A stretch of DNA of 60,488 nucleotides from positions 1 through 60,488 of the forward strand of contig USAX01000001.1 in assembly GCA_900552705.1 (NCBI GenBank), read 5' to 3'. The DNA is from an uncultured Collinsella sp. GTDB lineage: Bacteria; Actinomycetota; Coriobacteriia; Coriobacteriales; Coriobacteriaceae. Position 1 is the first letter of the stretch; the number at the start of each line of letters is the position of its first letter. The notes beneath the pieces are model-generated. The model was not told the origin of the DNA. It did no database searches and saw nothing but the letters and a program-made list of their open reading frames with translations. Made by a program: the position numbers and the translations under genes. Of the stretch, positions 37,870 to 49,387 are shown one piece after another.

Positions 37870-39210
37870 AATCTTCCGTCTCGATCTGTAACATCTAGCG
37901 GGCTAAATCGCCTCTTCCTGTTACAGATTGAGATAAACCGGGCCCAATCCACCTCAAAGGTACCTGCCCCCATTGTGGCGGCTGCCTAGAGCTGGCTGCG
38001 CAAGTAGTCAGCCATATATGGAACAGCGAAGCGCACGTAACCGCGGCGCGCCTGTTCGATTACGCCGGCGTCGATGAGGCGCCGGCGATACTTTTGCGCG
38101 TAGTCGGGCGTGACTGACATGCGCTCGGCCACATCGGAAATGCGCGACGTGCCGTCTTCGTCGTCGGTCATTGCGGCGAGAAACGCAACATCTTGGTCCG
38201 AGAGCGCGGCGAGCGTCGTTTCGCACACATCGTTTTCGAAATCGGCCTTTGACGCTTCGATTGCTCCGTCAACTTGCTTTGGCGTTACGTGTTCTCCTGC
38301 CTGGCAACGATTGGCGATGTTGTAGCCGATGAGCTGCAGCATGTAGGGCGAGCCCTGAGTTGCGCGAGCGGCGCAGAGGCGAAGGTCGCTTGGGATATCA
38401 AGGCCGAGTTCTTCGAAAGCTCGCTGATAGCAGGCATCCACATCTCCGACTGAAAGCGGTTCAAGCGTGACCTTGCGTGCGCGGTTGAGAAATGTCAGTA
38501 CGCGATCGTTGAGTGTCGCGGAGACTGCTCCCGGGAGCCCTGCCATAACAAGCGCGACGTTGAGTCCCTCGCCGACGAGCTCTTGATAGGCGGTGACGAG
38601 TTGTCTGATTTCGGCTGAATTGGCCTGGAGCTCATCGATGAGGATGAGGATGCCATGTCCTTGCTCGGTCAGTTTGCGCGCCAGCTGCGTGAGCTTGAAC
38701 TGGAAGCTTTTGGTTTCCTGCACATCGCGCGTGAACTCAAGGCCGGCTGAGAAGCCGAAGACGCTCAGGCTGCCACTCGTGAGTTTAGGAAGATGGCGTT
38801 TGTTAGCATAGGGCTCGCCTGCCTCTTGGATTTTTTCAACAATACGCTCGAGCATGTCCTCGGAGGCTACGGTGGGTGTGGCAACAACGAAGCCGAGCTT
38901 GCGGGCGCGATCGGCAAGTTCCCACAGGAGAACCGTTTTGCCGCTGCCTCGCTGGCCAAGCATGAGCATGGCACGGTCTCGATTGCCCGGCTCCTGCTCA
39001 AGGCCGGAGATGAATGTCGAAATCACGCTCCCACGCCCCACCAGATAGGACGGGCGATTTCCAAATGAGGGGGAGAAGATGGTTTCTGTCATAAGTCTCC
39101 TTTCCTTTTTTTCTATTTTTTCCTTTTTTTCCTATTCGGTCAAATGACCTGCTGCCGAGGGCGGCTACGTAGGCCTCACGGGCAAGAACCTCGACATCAC
39201 CGTGGACTAG
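37810..39210. repeat. 60-bp direct duplication of the DUF4867 3' end bracketing the ATPase gene
   Basis: 37810-37869 versus 39151-39210, 53/60 identical; each is followed by an aaaggt.cctg.ccc..tgtgg palindrome. Confidence 0.85.
37986..39092 (-). CDS. P-loop AAA-type ATPase with C-terminal winged helix
   Basis: Walker A GQRGSGKT, Walker B ILIDE, GSPYMLQLIG and YRRRLIDAGVI. Confidence 0.85.
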   Translation of the reverse strand: MTETIFSPSFGNRPSYLVGRGSVISTFISGLEQEPGNRDRAMLMLGQRGSGKTVLLWELADRARKLGFVVATPTVASEDMLERIVEKIQEAGEPYANKRHLPKLTSGSLSVFGFSAGLEFTRDVQETKSFQFKLTQLARKLTEQGHGILILIDELQANSAEIRQLVTAYQELVGEGLNVALVMAGLPGAVSATLNDRVLTFLNRARKVTLEPLSVGDVDACYQRAFEELGLDIPSDLRLCAARATQGSPYMLQLIGYNIANRCQAGEHVTPKQVDGAIEASKADFENDVCETTLAALSDQDVAFLAAMTDDEDGTSRISDVAERMSVTPDYAQKYRRRLIDAGVIEQARRGYVRFAVPYMADYLRSQL

Positions 39211-39381
39211 GGTCCTTGTCTCAAACCACCACAAAGGTGCCTGTCCCCTTTGTGGTGCGCCTTTGGTTGCCTTTGCCTGGGGGGGTCAAGGGATGAACGG
39301 TAGAAAAACAGGGGCGAACGGTAACTTCTATATAATCACTTTAATAACCCAGCAAAACCTCTATACTGGCAGCTGCACCGC

Positions 39382-39398
39382 GTTACTCCTCGGGAGGC
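39382..39398 (+). promoter_or_regulatory. Degenerate RAT-like element upstream of the antiterminator
   Basis: GTTACT-cc-tcg-gg-AGGC just after a TATACT -10 (39362). Confidence 0.4.
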
Positions 39399-39480
39399 GC
39401 CACGAGCACATGTCATAGCAACCGCCGACTCGAGAGCCGGTGTCGCGAGATGTCCAAGTGGAGCCCAGGGGAGTTTTTTC

Positions 39481-40329
39481 ATGCTGATAACCAAGGCAAT
39501 AAACAACAACGTTGTCCTTGCGGAGGACGATGCCGGGCGCGAGCTCGTGTTGTTTGGCAAGGGCCTTGGCTTTCGCGGCGCCCCTTCCTATATTGAGGAC
39601 GAAAGCGCCATCCAGCGGAGCTTCCGCGATATCAGCCCTGAGATGTACGATGCTGTCGCATCGCTTTCGGACGATGTCATCATTATCGCGTCGGGTATCG
39701 TGGATATCGCACGCAACGAGCTCAACTGCACGCTCAATCCCAATCTAGTCTTTACGCTCGCCGACCACCTTCAGTTTGCCATCGACCGCGCCCGCAAGGG
39801 TGCTTCGATCAAGAACCCGCTCTACGAGGAAGTCCGCCTCGTCTATCCGCGCGAGGCCGAGGTCGGTCGCCGCGGCGTCAAGCTCGTTATGGCTGTGGCC
39901 GAGGACGTTGATTTTCCTGAGACCGAGGCCGCTTCGATTGCGCTGCATATCGTCAACGCCGAGATGGTCGATGACGAGAACGCGGGCGCAAAGGGCAACA
40001 TGGACTTGGTCGTAAAGAGTACCGAGGTCATCGATGCGGTCACCGGGATTATCGAGCGTACGCTTGGCGAGACCATCGACCGCTACTCATATAGCTATGC
40101 GCGCTTTGTGACCCATATGCGCTTTCTTATCAGTCGCCTTATCAAGGGTGAGGACGAGGAGACGCGCAATAGTGATCTTTTCAAACGAGCGACCAGCGAG
40201 TTTTCAGACGCGTACGCCTGTGCACGCGCAATCGACGAATACATGAGGGCAACCTGCGGCTGGCACTGCACGGACGAAGAGCTGCTCTATCTGATGATGC
40301 ATATCAACCGGCTCTGCCCGGGACATTGA
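39481..40329 (+). CDS. BglG/LicT-family antiterminator (CAT + 2 PRD)
   Basis: KAINNNVV...GKGLGF; PRD histidines in LADH, IALH, FVTH and LMMH. Confidence 0.93.
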   Translation: MLITKAINNNVVLAEDDAGRELVLFGKGLGFRGAPSYIEDESAIQRSFRDISPEMYDAVASLSDDVIIIASGIVDIARNELNCTLNPNLVFTLADHLQFAIDRARKGASIKNPLYEEVRLVYPREAEVGRRGVKLVMAVAEDVDFPETEAASIALHIVNAEMVDDENAGAKGNMDLVVKSTEVIDAVTGIIERTLGETIDRYSYSYARFVTHMRFLISRLIKGEDEETRNSDLFKRATSEFSDAYACARAIDEYMRATCGWHCTDEELLYLMMHINRLCPGH

Positions 40330-40474
40330 TACGGCGGCCGGGCACCCGTCTAACTGCCCAACTGGCCGGCTTTGCGTCGGCAGACATCGCGGCATCGCCG
40401 CGCAACCTGCTGTTAAGCTCCAAGGCGCCGGGGCTGCAGATATCTTTGTAACGAGTGAAACAAGGAGGTTTCAC

Positions 40475-41836
40475 ATGGCACGCGATTACGAGGCTCTCGC
40501 CCGTACCATCGTTGAACTCGTCGGTGGCGAGGACAACGTCAAGTCCGTCACCCACTGCATTACCCGTTTGCGCTTTACCCTCAACGACGAGAAGAAGGCC
40601 CAGACCGAGAAGCTCAACCAGACCGAGGGCGTTATCTCCGTTCTAGTGGCCGCCGGTCAGTACCAGATTGTTATCGGCAATCACGTTACCGACGTGTATG
40701 ACGCCCTGCCCAAGGTTTCCAACATCCAGCTTGGCGGCGAGGTCGAGGACGAGGCCGGTGGCAGCATCGTCAACCGCGCCATCCAGCTCATCAGCGGCAT
40801 CTTTATGCCGATGCTTCCCGCCATGTCCGCCGCCGGCCTTCTCAAGGCCTTTGTGATCATGGCCAACTCCTTTGGTTGGCTCGCGGCCGAGTCCACCACC
40901 TACCAGCTGCTTTACGCCATCGGCGACGGCGTGTTCTACTTCATGCCGGTCTTCCTTGCCCGCACTGCGGCCAAGAAGTTCAAGTGCAACGACTGGACGG
41001 CCATGGCCATCGCCGTTGCGCTGTGCTACCCCACGCTCTCCACGCTCTTTAGCGCCGGCGACCCGGTTGACCTCTTTGGCATCCCGGTAACGCTCATCAG
41101 CTACACGAGCTCGGTTATCCCCATCATCTTTGCCGTGTACGTACAGTCCTGGATCGAGAAGGGCCTCAATAAGGTCGTCCCCGATATCCTCAAGGGCTTG
41201 ATCGTTCCCGTCGTGACCCTCGTCGTGGCCACTGCGCTCACCCTCTACATCATCGGCCCCGTCACCGACTTCATCGGTGGTCTCATCGCTAACGGCCTGG
41301 TTTCCCTGCTTGAGGTTGCCCCGCTGCCCGCAGGCTTCCTCATCGGTCTGCTTTGGCCCTGCCTCATCATCTTTGGTATGCACTGGGCCTTTATCCCCAT
41401 CATCCAGATGAACATCGGTATGCTCGGCTATGACGTCATCCTGCCCATTACCGTCGGCACCAACTTTGCCATGGGTTTCGCGGTCCTTGCCATCTTCCTC
41501 AAGACCAAGAACACCGAGCTCAAGGAGCTCGCCGGCGCTGCCGCCATCTCTGCGCTCCTCGCCGGCATCACCGAGCCCGCCATCTACGGCGCCGTCCTCA
41601 AGTACAAGCGCCCGTTTGTGATCGCAATCGTCTCTTGCGGCATCTGCGGTGCCATCGCTGCCACTTTTGGCCTGCACCAGCCCGCGCTCATGACCACCTC
41701 GCTCATCACCATCCCGGCCATCATCGGCTCGGTGGGTATGGAGGACGTCATCGCGCTCGCCGTCGCCTCCGTCCTCACCTTTGTGGGCACGCTGACCTTC
41801 GGCTTCAACGACGACATGATCCTCGAGAACAACTAG
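40475..41836 (+). CDS. PTS beta-glucoside-type EIIBC (no EIIA)
   Basis: HCITRLRF, YTSSVIP, FGMHW and GITEPAIYG. Confidence 0.92.
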   Translation: MARDYEALARTIVELVGGEDNVKSVTHCITRLRFTLNDEKKAQTEKLNQTEGVISVLVAAGQYQIVIGNHVTDVYDALPKVSNIQLGGEVEDEAGGSIVNRAIQLISGIFMPMLPAMSAAGLLKAFVIMANSFGWLAAESTTYQLLYAIGDGVFYFMPVFLARTAAKKFKCNDWTAMAIAVALCYPTLSTLFSAGDPVDLFGIPVTLISYTSSVIPIIFAVYVQSWIEKGLNKVVPDILKGLIVPVVTLVVATALTLYIIGPVTDFIGGLIANGLVSLLEVAPLPAGFLIGLLWPCLIIFGMHWAFIPIIQMNIGMLGYDVILPITVGTNFAMGFAVLAIFLKTKNTELKELAGAAAISALLAGITEPAIYGAVLKYKRPFVIAIVSCGICGAIAATFGLHQPALMTTSLITIPAIIGSVGMEDVIALAVASVLTFVGTLTFGFNDDMILENN

Positions 41837-41976
41837 TTCTGGGAAACCGGCGTCTTTGGACGCCGGCGCACGGGGCGCGGCGCCAGATGCGCCCCGTGCG
41901 CCCTTATGGGAGGGCGCTGACCCCTACACGAATCCGGCGTCCTCCCATAAGGGCACACAACAGAAACGAGGTAGCC

Positions 41977-44202
41977 ATGAAGCAATCCGAGCTCGTTGAG
42001 CTTTTGGGGCGTATGACCCTGCGCGAGAAGATCGGGCAGTTGGTGCAGCTTGACGGTGGGTGCTTTGGCACCGATGCCGTAGCGGTTGGTCCGCGTGCCA
42101 AGCTGGGCGTGACGCAAGAAGATGTTGACGTATGCGGCAGCGTGCTCAACGTGTTGGGCGCCGAGGAAGTGCATCGTATCCAAGATGCATATCTTGAGCG
42201 CAGCCGTCTTAAGATCCCGCTCGTCTTTATGGCCGATGTGATCTATGGCTATCAAACCTGCTATCCAATCCCCCTGGGCCTGGGAGCCACGTGGGACCCA
42301 GAGCTTATCCGCGAGGATTACAAGCTTATTGCCGAAGAGGCCGTGGCCGATGGCTGCATGGTGACCTTTAGCCCGCCGGTGGACGTGGTGCGCGATGCCC
42401 GTTGGGGTCGCTGCCTGGAGATGCCGGGCGAGGATCCGTACCTAAGCAGCCGCTTCGCCCGCGCGATGGTCGAGGGCTTTAAGGGTGACGGTACGCCGCA
42501 GAAGAGCCTGGCCAGCTGCGTCAAACACTTTGCGGGCTATGGTGCGCCCGAGGCGGGTCGCGAGTACAACACGGTGGATATGAGCGAGTGGCGCCTGCGC
42601 AACGAGTACCTGCCTCCGTACCGTGCGGCGGTCGAGGCTGGTTGCGATTTGGTGATGACGAGCTTCAACACCATCGATGGCATCCCCGCCACGGCAAACC
42701 GCTGGCTCATGCACGACGTGTTGCGCGACGAGTGGGGCTTTGACGGTCCCATCATCACCGATTACGCGGCGATCGACGAGCTCAGGGCACACGGTGTGGC
42801 GGCAAACCGTCGCGAGGCGGCCAAGCTCGCCATGAATGCCACCGTGGACATCGACATGAAGACGCCCTGCTACGCACATGAGCTTGAGGCCCTTATCGAA
42901 ACGGGTGAGGTTTCGCTCGAGCAGATCGATACCGCCTGCATGCGCGTGCTCGAGCTCAAGAACAGACTCGGTCTGTTTGAGGACCCGTATCGTACGTGCT
43001 CGCCCGAGCGCCGTACGGAGGTCACGTGCACGCCGGAGCGTCTTGAGAGCGCGCGTAAAACGTGCGACGAGGCCCTCGTGCTCCTTAAAAACGAAGGCGG
43101 GCTGCTACCGCTTACGACCGGGGGCAACGCTCCGCGCGTGGCGCTCATCGGTCCCTATGCCAACAGCCGAGACATCATCGGCATGTGGGCGATTCATGCC
43201 GATAAAACTCATTCCGTAACGCTTGCCGAGGCATTTGCCGGGGTATTGGGCGACGACGGCTTTGCGTGGGCCCAAGGCTGTCCCACGCTCGACGACTACA
43301 GCGAGCTTGGGGAGTTTGGCAAGATTCCCGCGTTCGGTGCGCCGACGGGCGAGGGCGCGGATCTAGAGACGATGGCTGCCGAGGCGCTCGAGCTGGCCGC
43401 ATCGAGCGATGTGGTGGTCATGGCGCTCGGAGAACACATGCTGCAGAGCGGTGAGGGCGGAGCGCGTACGGACATTACGATACCGGCTCCGCAGAAGCGC
43501 CTGCTCAAGCGCGTGCGCGCGCTCGGCAAGCCTGTGGTGCTCGTGCTCTTTAACGGGCGTCCTCTTGCCCTTACTGACGTGATCGATGATTGCGATGCAA
43601 TCGTAGAGGCGTGGTTCCCCGGTACGGCTGGTGGGCGTTCGGTAGCCGACGTGCTCTTTGGAACGGTCAATCCGAGCGGCAGGCTCACGGTGAGCTTCCC
43701 ACATAACGTGGGCCAGGAGCCGCTCTACTATGCGCAGCTCTCCACCGGACGTCCCGCTAAGGCATCAACGCATAGCGGTCGCTTTGTGAGCCGCTATATG
43801 GACTGCCCTAACGATGCGATGTTCCCCTTTGGCTACGGCCTCTCGTATCATACGGCGCGCTACGATAACCTGCGCCTGAGTGCGGACGAGCTTACGGCGG
43901 ACGGTGTCATCGAGGTCTCAATCGACGTGACCAATGAGGGCGATATTGCTGGTACTGAGGTCGTGCAGCTCTATATCCACGACAAGGTGGCAACGCGCGT
44001 GCGCCCCATGCTCGAACTGCGTGACTTTGCGCGTGTTGAGCTTGCGCCGCGTGAGCGCCGCACGGTGACGTTTATCCTGCGCGAGGAGGCTCTGCGTTTT
44101 TGGACGCCCGAGCACGGCTGGGCAAGCGAGCCCGGCGCGTTTGAGGTCATGGCGGGGCCTAACAGCCGCGACCTGTTGGTGGGGGAGTTCGAGCTCGTCT
44201 AG
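41977..44202 (+). CDS. GH3 beta-glycosidase (BglX-like), no signal peptide
   Basis: RDARWGR, GEDP, VKHF, ITDY, LLKN, FPFGYGLSY and EVVQLY. Confidence 0.92.
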   Translation: MKQSELVELLGRMTLREKIGQLVQLDGGCFGTDAVAVGPRAKLGVTQEDVDVCGSVLNVLGAEEVHRIQDAYLERSRLKIPLVFMADVIYGYQTCYPIPLGLGATWDPELIREDYKLIAEEAVADGCMVTFSPPVDVVRDARWGRCLEMPGEDPYLSSRFARAMVEGFKGDGTPQKSLASCVKHFAGYGAPEAGREYNTVDMSEWRLRNEYLPPYRAAVEAGCDLVMTSFNTIDGIPATANRWLMHDVLRDEWGFDGPIITDYAAIDELRAHGVAANRREAAKLAMNATVDIDMKTPCYAHELEALIETGEVSLEQIDTACMRVLELKNRLGLFEDPYRTCSPERRTEVTCTPERLESARKTCDEALVLLKNEGGLLPLTTGGNAPRVALIGPYANSRDIIGMWAIHADKTHSVTLAEAFAGVLGDDGFAWAQGCPTLDDYSELGEFGKIPAFGAPTGEGADLETMAAEALELAASSDVVVMALGEHMLQSGEGGARTDITIPAPQKRLLKRVRALGKPVVLVLFNGRPLALTDVIDDCDAIVEAWFPGTAGGRSVADVLFGTVNPSGRLTVSFPHNVGQEPLYYAQLSTGRPAKASTHSGRFVSRYMDCPNDAMFPFGYGLSYHTARYDNLRLSADELTADGVIEVSIDVTNEGDIAGTEVVQLYIHDKVATRVRPMLELRDFARVELAPRERRTVTFILREEALRFWTPEHGWASEPGAFEVMAGPNSRDLLVGEFELV

Positions 44203-44306
44203 CTGCATTTGCTTAACGAATGGTGCACGCGGTGCGCGGCAGGCGTTCGGTCTTGTCGCCGGCGCCCGTCCGGTACCGCGCCCGATATCGATAGGAGGGG
44301 TCTGAC

Positions 44307-45761
44307 ATGGCTCATATCGCAACCAATCCGTATCTCCCGGGATGGGAGTATATCCCCGATGGCGAACCGCATGTCTTTGGTGACCGAGTCTACGTGTATG
44401 GAAGCCATGACGCACCCGAGGGCACCGCATACTGCCCGGGTGACTACGTGTGCTGGTCAGCCCCGGTGGACGATCTGGGCTCCTGGACGTTTGAGGGGAC
44501 CATCTGGCGCAAAGAGGATGACCCGGCCAATGTCGATCGAACCGGGTACGGCGCGCCCGATGTGTGCCAGGGTGCCGACGGGCGGTTCTATCTGTATTAC
44601 TTCACGCTAAGCATGACGAGTGGTTGCATCATGTCGGTCGCCGTGTGCGATGAGCCAGCGGGACGCTACCGCTATCTGGGCCCTATTGCCAAGCCCGACG
44701 GCTCGCCGTTTGCGGGCGAGGAGGGCTGGGGCATGCCCTTTGACCCGGCGGTCCTTCCCTGCGGGGACGGGGGCTGCTGGCTCTACTATGGGTTTGGCGC
44801 CAAGAAGCCGAGCTCGCGCATGCCCGCATGTTCCATGGAGGGCGGCTACGTGGTGCGGCTCGGCGCCGATATGCGCACGATGGCCGCGGCACCCAAGCAT
44901 CTGGCTCCGGCAGTGACGCAGGCGGCGGACACGGGTTTTGAAGGGCATGCCTTCTTTGAGGCCTCGAGCATCCGCGTGCTCGACGGGCGCTACTACTTTG
45001 TCTACTCGAGCGAAAACGGACATGAGCTCTGCTGGGCCACGATGCCAACGCCGGAAGGTCCGGTAACCTACGGCGGCGTGCTCGTTTCCAACGGCGATGT
45101 GGGCCTGCCCGGGCACGAGGCCGAGGACGCCGCTGTGATGGACCTGGGCAACAACCATGGCGGCATGGCGCGCATTGCCGGGCGCGACTACATCTTCTAT
45201 CACCGTCATACGCACGGTGCGCAGCACGCGCGCCAGGGGTGCGCTGAGCCCATCGAGATTGCTTCCGATGGACATATCGAACAAGTAGAGATAACGAGCT
45301 GTGGGCTCAATGGCGGAGCGCTTCCTTGCGGGCGCGCGTACCCGGCGAGTATTTGCTGCTACTTGGTGGGGCCGGCCGGCGCGGTTCACTATTCCGGCAA
45401 TCTGGAAATCGCCGATAACCATCCGGTGATTACCCAGGAAGTCGATGCGGGCTGTATGACTTCGGCACGTACCTATGTGGCCAACCTCTGCGATGGAGCG
45501 GGCGTGGGCTACAAATACCTGGCGTTTTCCGGTGCGGAGCGCACGGTGGAGCTCGAGGTGCGCGGGGATCTTGCCGGTGTGGTGAGTGTGCGCTTGGACG
45601 CGCCGGATGGCGCTGAGTTGACGCGCGTCGAGCTCGTGCCAGGCGAGGGCTGGTGCACGGTGGTCGCATCCCTGACGAAGACCGTTGCCGGTGACCATGC
45701 ACTCTACCTGGCTATCGAGGGCGTCGGTTCGGTCGATCTCGCCTCGTTTGCCGTCCTTTAA
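44307..45761 (+). CDS. GH43 glycoside hydrolase with C-terminal CBM-like domain
   Basis: PDGEPHVF, YGSHD, APD, FDPA, FFEASS and GNNHG. Confidence 0.88.
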   Translation: MAHIATNPYLPGWEYIPDGEPHVFGDRVYVYGSHDAPEGTAYCPGDYVCWSAPVDDLGSWTFEGTIWRKEDDPANVDRTGYGAPDVCQGADGRFYLYYFTLSMTSGCIMSVAVCDEPAGRYRYLGPIAKPDGSPFAGEEGWGMPFDPAVLPCGDGGCWLYYGFGAKKPSSRMPACSMEGGYVVRLGADMRTMAAAPKHLAPAVTQAADTGFEGHAFFEASSIRVLDGRYYFVYSSENGHELCWATMPTPEGPVTYGGVLVSNGDVGLPGHEAEDAAVMDLGNNHGGMARIAGRDYIFYHRHTHGAQHARQGCAEPIEIASDGHIEQVEITSCGLNGGALPCGRAYPASICCYLVGPAGAVHYSGNLEIADNHPVITQEVDAGCMTSARTYVANLCDGAGVGYKYLAFSGAERTVELEVRGDLAGVVSVRLDAPDGAELTRVELVPGEGWCTVVASLTKTVAGDHALYLAIEGVGSVDLASFAVL

Positions 45762-45882
45762 CCCATCTCCCATCGGAGGGGCGGCTCGCATGGACGACAG
45801 GTAGGCCCTGGTCGCGCGTCCGGTGCTCTCAACACGGCTCGGCCCTCAGGGGGTTGAAACAAAACGGAAGAATGGAGTTGCC

Positions 45883-47481
45883 ATGGCGGAAATTCCGCAG
45901 TTGTACACCTGTGCTGGCGGCGGGCAACGCCTGATGGTGGACGGCCGGCCTTATACGCTGTTTGCGGGCGAGTGCCATAACTCCGCCTCGGGTGGGCGCC
46001 GCGCTTTTGCGGATGCTCTCGATCGCGCGCGGGCGCTCGGTATGAATACCGTGCTCGCCCCGGTTACCTGGGAGCTTTTGGAGCCCGCAGAGGGCGAGTT
46101 TGACTTTGGCCAAGTGGACATGATGCTCGAGCTTGCCCGCGAGCGCGGGCTGCGCCTGGGCGTGCTGTGGTTTGGCGCGTACAAAAATGCGCAGTGCTAC
46201 TATGCGCCCGCGTGGGTCAAACGCGATATCGAGCGTTTTCGCCGTGCGCAGATGGTGCCCGGGCAGAACAAGGTTCGCTATGCCGAGTTCCATAACTTTG
46301 AGATCACGGCGCTTTCGCTCTATTGCGAGGAGACGCGCGCGGCGGATGCCGGCGCCTACGCGGCTTTGATGGCGCACTTGCGCGAGGTGGATGCGCAAGA
46401 TCATACGGTGATACTCGTGCAGGTAGAAAACGAGTGCGGCCAGATGGTCGCGGCACGTGAGCACTCGCCTTGGGCGGATGCCGCCTTTGCGGAGAGCGTG
46501 CCTACGGAGCTGATCGAGGCGCTTGCGGTCGATCCTACCTCCCTGGCGCCTGAGCTTGCGGAAGCCCTTGAAGCGGGCGCCGGCTCTGGTTCGTGGGAAC
46601 AGGTTTTTGGCGAGCATGCCGAGGAGATGTTTACCACCTACCACATGGCTCGCTACGTGGAGGCGGTCGCCGCAGCGGGCCGCGCCGAGCATCCGCTGCC
46701 CACGGCCTGCAGTTGCTGGCTCGACAAGGGTCACAAGCCTGGGCGCTTTCCCACGGGCGGTCCCAACCTGCGCGTGATGGGCGTGTGGAAGCATGCCGCC
46801 CCGAGCATCGACATGCTGGGCCCCGATATCTACATCCCGGCGTTTTGCAAGGTCTGCGACGGATATGCGTGCGAGGACAACCCGCTCTTTATCCCCGAGA
46901 CCGCGACGCACGCCTACGCCGCCGCGCGCCAGGTCTGGGCGGTGGCCCATCACCATGCCCTGTGCTTCGCTCCTTTTGGCTACGAGGAGATGGGCGAGCC
47001 CTTTGGCGATTCGGCGGGTATTCTCTTTGGCATGGATACGAGCGACCCCGCTTTGCTCACGCCTCAGGACCGGGAGGAATATGCGGAGGTCACGCGTGGG
47101 CTGGCTCAGTTATTTGAACTTGCCGAGGACGATGCCGCGTACGCGACGCTCGATGCCGTGACGAGTGAGGTGGCAGCCGAGGGCCTGCTCGATATGGGTT
47201 CCATAGCAATTAAGGTGAGCTTTGATGAGGGTGCCCTGCCCGGTGCATGTGCGGCCCTTCGCGCCGCCGACGGCGCCGTGTACCTGCTTGCGCTTCGTTG
47301 CGGCTTGGCGCTCGAGTCGCACGCGGCGGGTGAGCCGCATGTGGATGTGGCGTCGCTCGAGACGGGGACCGTTGAGAACGGCGCGTGGGTGCGCGACTGC
47401 CGTCTCAACGGCGACGAGGTCGCCATTATGCGCTATAGCTCTCCCGTGCTTCTTCGTTTGGAGGCCATCACGTACGCTTAG
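45883..47481 (+). CDS. GH35/GH42-like clan GH-A hydrolase with DUF5597-type C-terminus
   Basis: GECHNS, WELLEP.EG.FDF, QVENE, PDIY, LFIPE and LNGDE. Confidence 0.8.
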   Translation: MAEIPQLYTCAGGGQRLMVDGRPYTLFAGECHNSASGGRRAFADALDRARALGMNTVLAPVTWELLEPAEGEFDFGQVDMMLELARERGLRLGVLWFGAYKNAQCYYAPAWVKRDIERFRRAQMVPGQNKVRYAEFHNFEITALSLYCEETRAADAGAYAALMAHLREVDAQDHTVILVQVENECGQMVAAREHSPWADAAFAESVPTELIEALAVDPTSLAPELAEALEAGAGSGSWEQVFGEHAEEMFTTYHMARYVEAVAAAGRAEHPLPTACSCWLDKGHKPGRFPTGGPNLRVMGVWKHAAPSIDMLGPDIYIPAFCKVCDGYACEDNPLFIPETATHAYAAARQVWAVAHHHALCFAPFGYEEMGEPFGDSAGILFGMDTSDPALLTPQDREEYAEVTRGLAQLFELAEDDAAYATLDAVTSEVAAEGLLDMGSIAIKVSFDEGALPGACAALRAADGAVYLLALRCGLALESHAAGEPHVDVASLETGTVENGAWVRDCRLNGDEVAIMRYSSPVLLRLEAITYA

Positions 47482-47725
47482 CCGCAGTCATTGCCGCCCG
47501 GCCCCTCACTTCCTTTCCTCCCCGGGGACGGGTTCCTGTGGAGGAAAAACCTCGAGAGGCGAACCTGTTGCCAGGGGACGAAGCGAGGTATCAGGAAGTG
47601 TCAGTCGCTGCGGGCGGATGAGGCCGTTGGGGCGAAAAGAAGTTTCGAGCTGTGCCGTTGCCGTTGAGCGACGCGCTGTTTGTAGAGATACTGAACCTAT
47701 GACAATTATCGTGTGAAAGGATTGA

Positions 47726-49159
<1,434 letters not shown>

Positions 49160-49195
49160 GGAAGCCGAGACACTCAACTTCAGAGTTTCCTAACC

Positions 49196-49235
49196 AAAAC
49201 GCCCGGCGAGCAGTTAATGCCCGTCGGGTGTTTTG
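49196..49235 (+). terminator. Intrinsic terminator candidate
   Basis: aaaacgcccggcg...cgtcgggtgtttt. Confidence 0.6.
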
Positions 49236-49272
49236 TTAAAAGAAGTGAAAGAAAGCAAAAGAAGTTAAGAAC

Positions 49273-49345
49273 TACTCATTGGGGACGTTCTTAAACGACT
49301 AATCGCTGGGGGCACCCTTTGCCGTCGGCGGATTTTGGGACATGT
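49273..49345. repeat. GGGGAC-tagged repeat
   Basis: tactcattggggacgttctt..., followed by tttgccg and gggaca as in the 9820 unit. Confidence 0.7.
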
Positions 49346-49387
49346 GGCCCGCTTTTTGGGCCCGCCTGTCGGTACACTAAAAGCACT

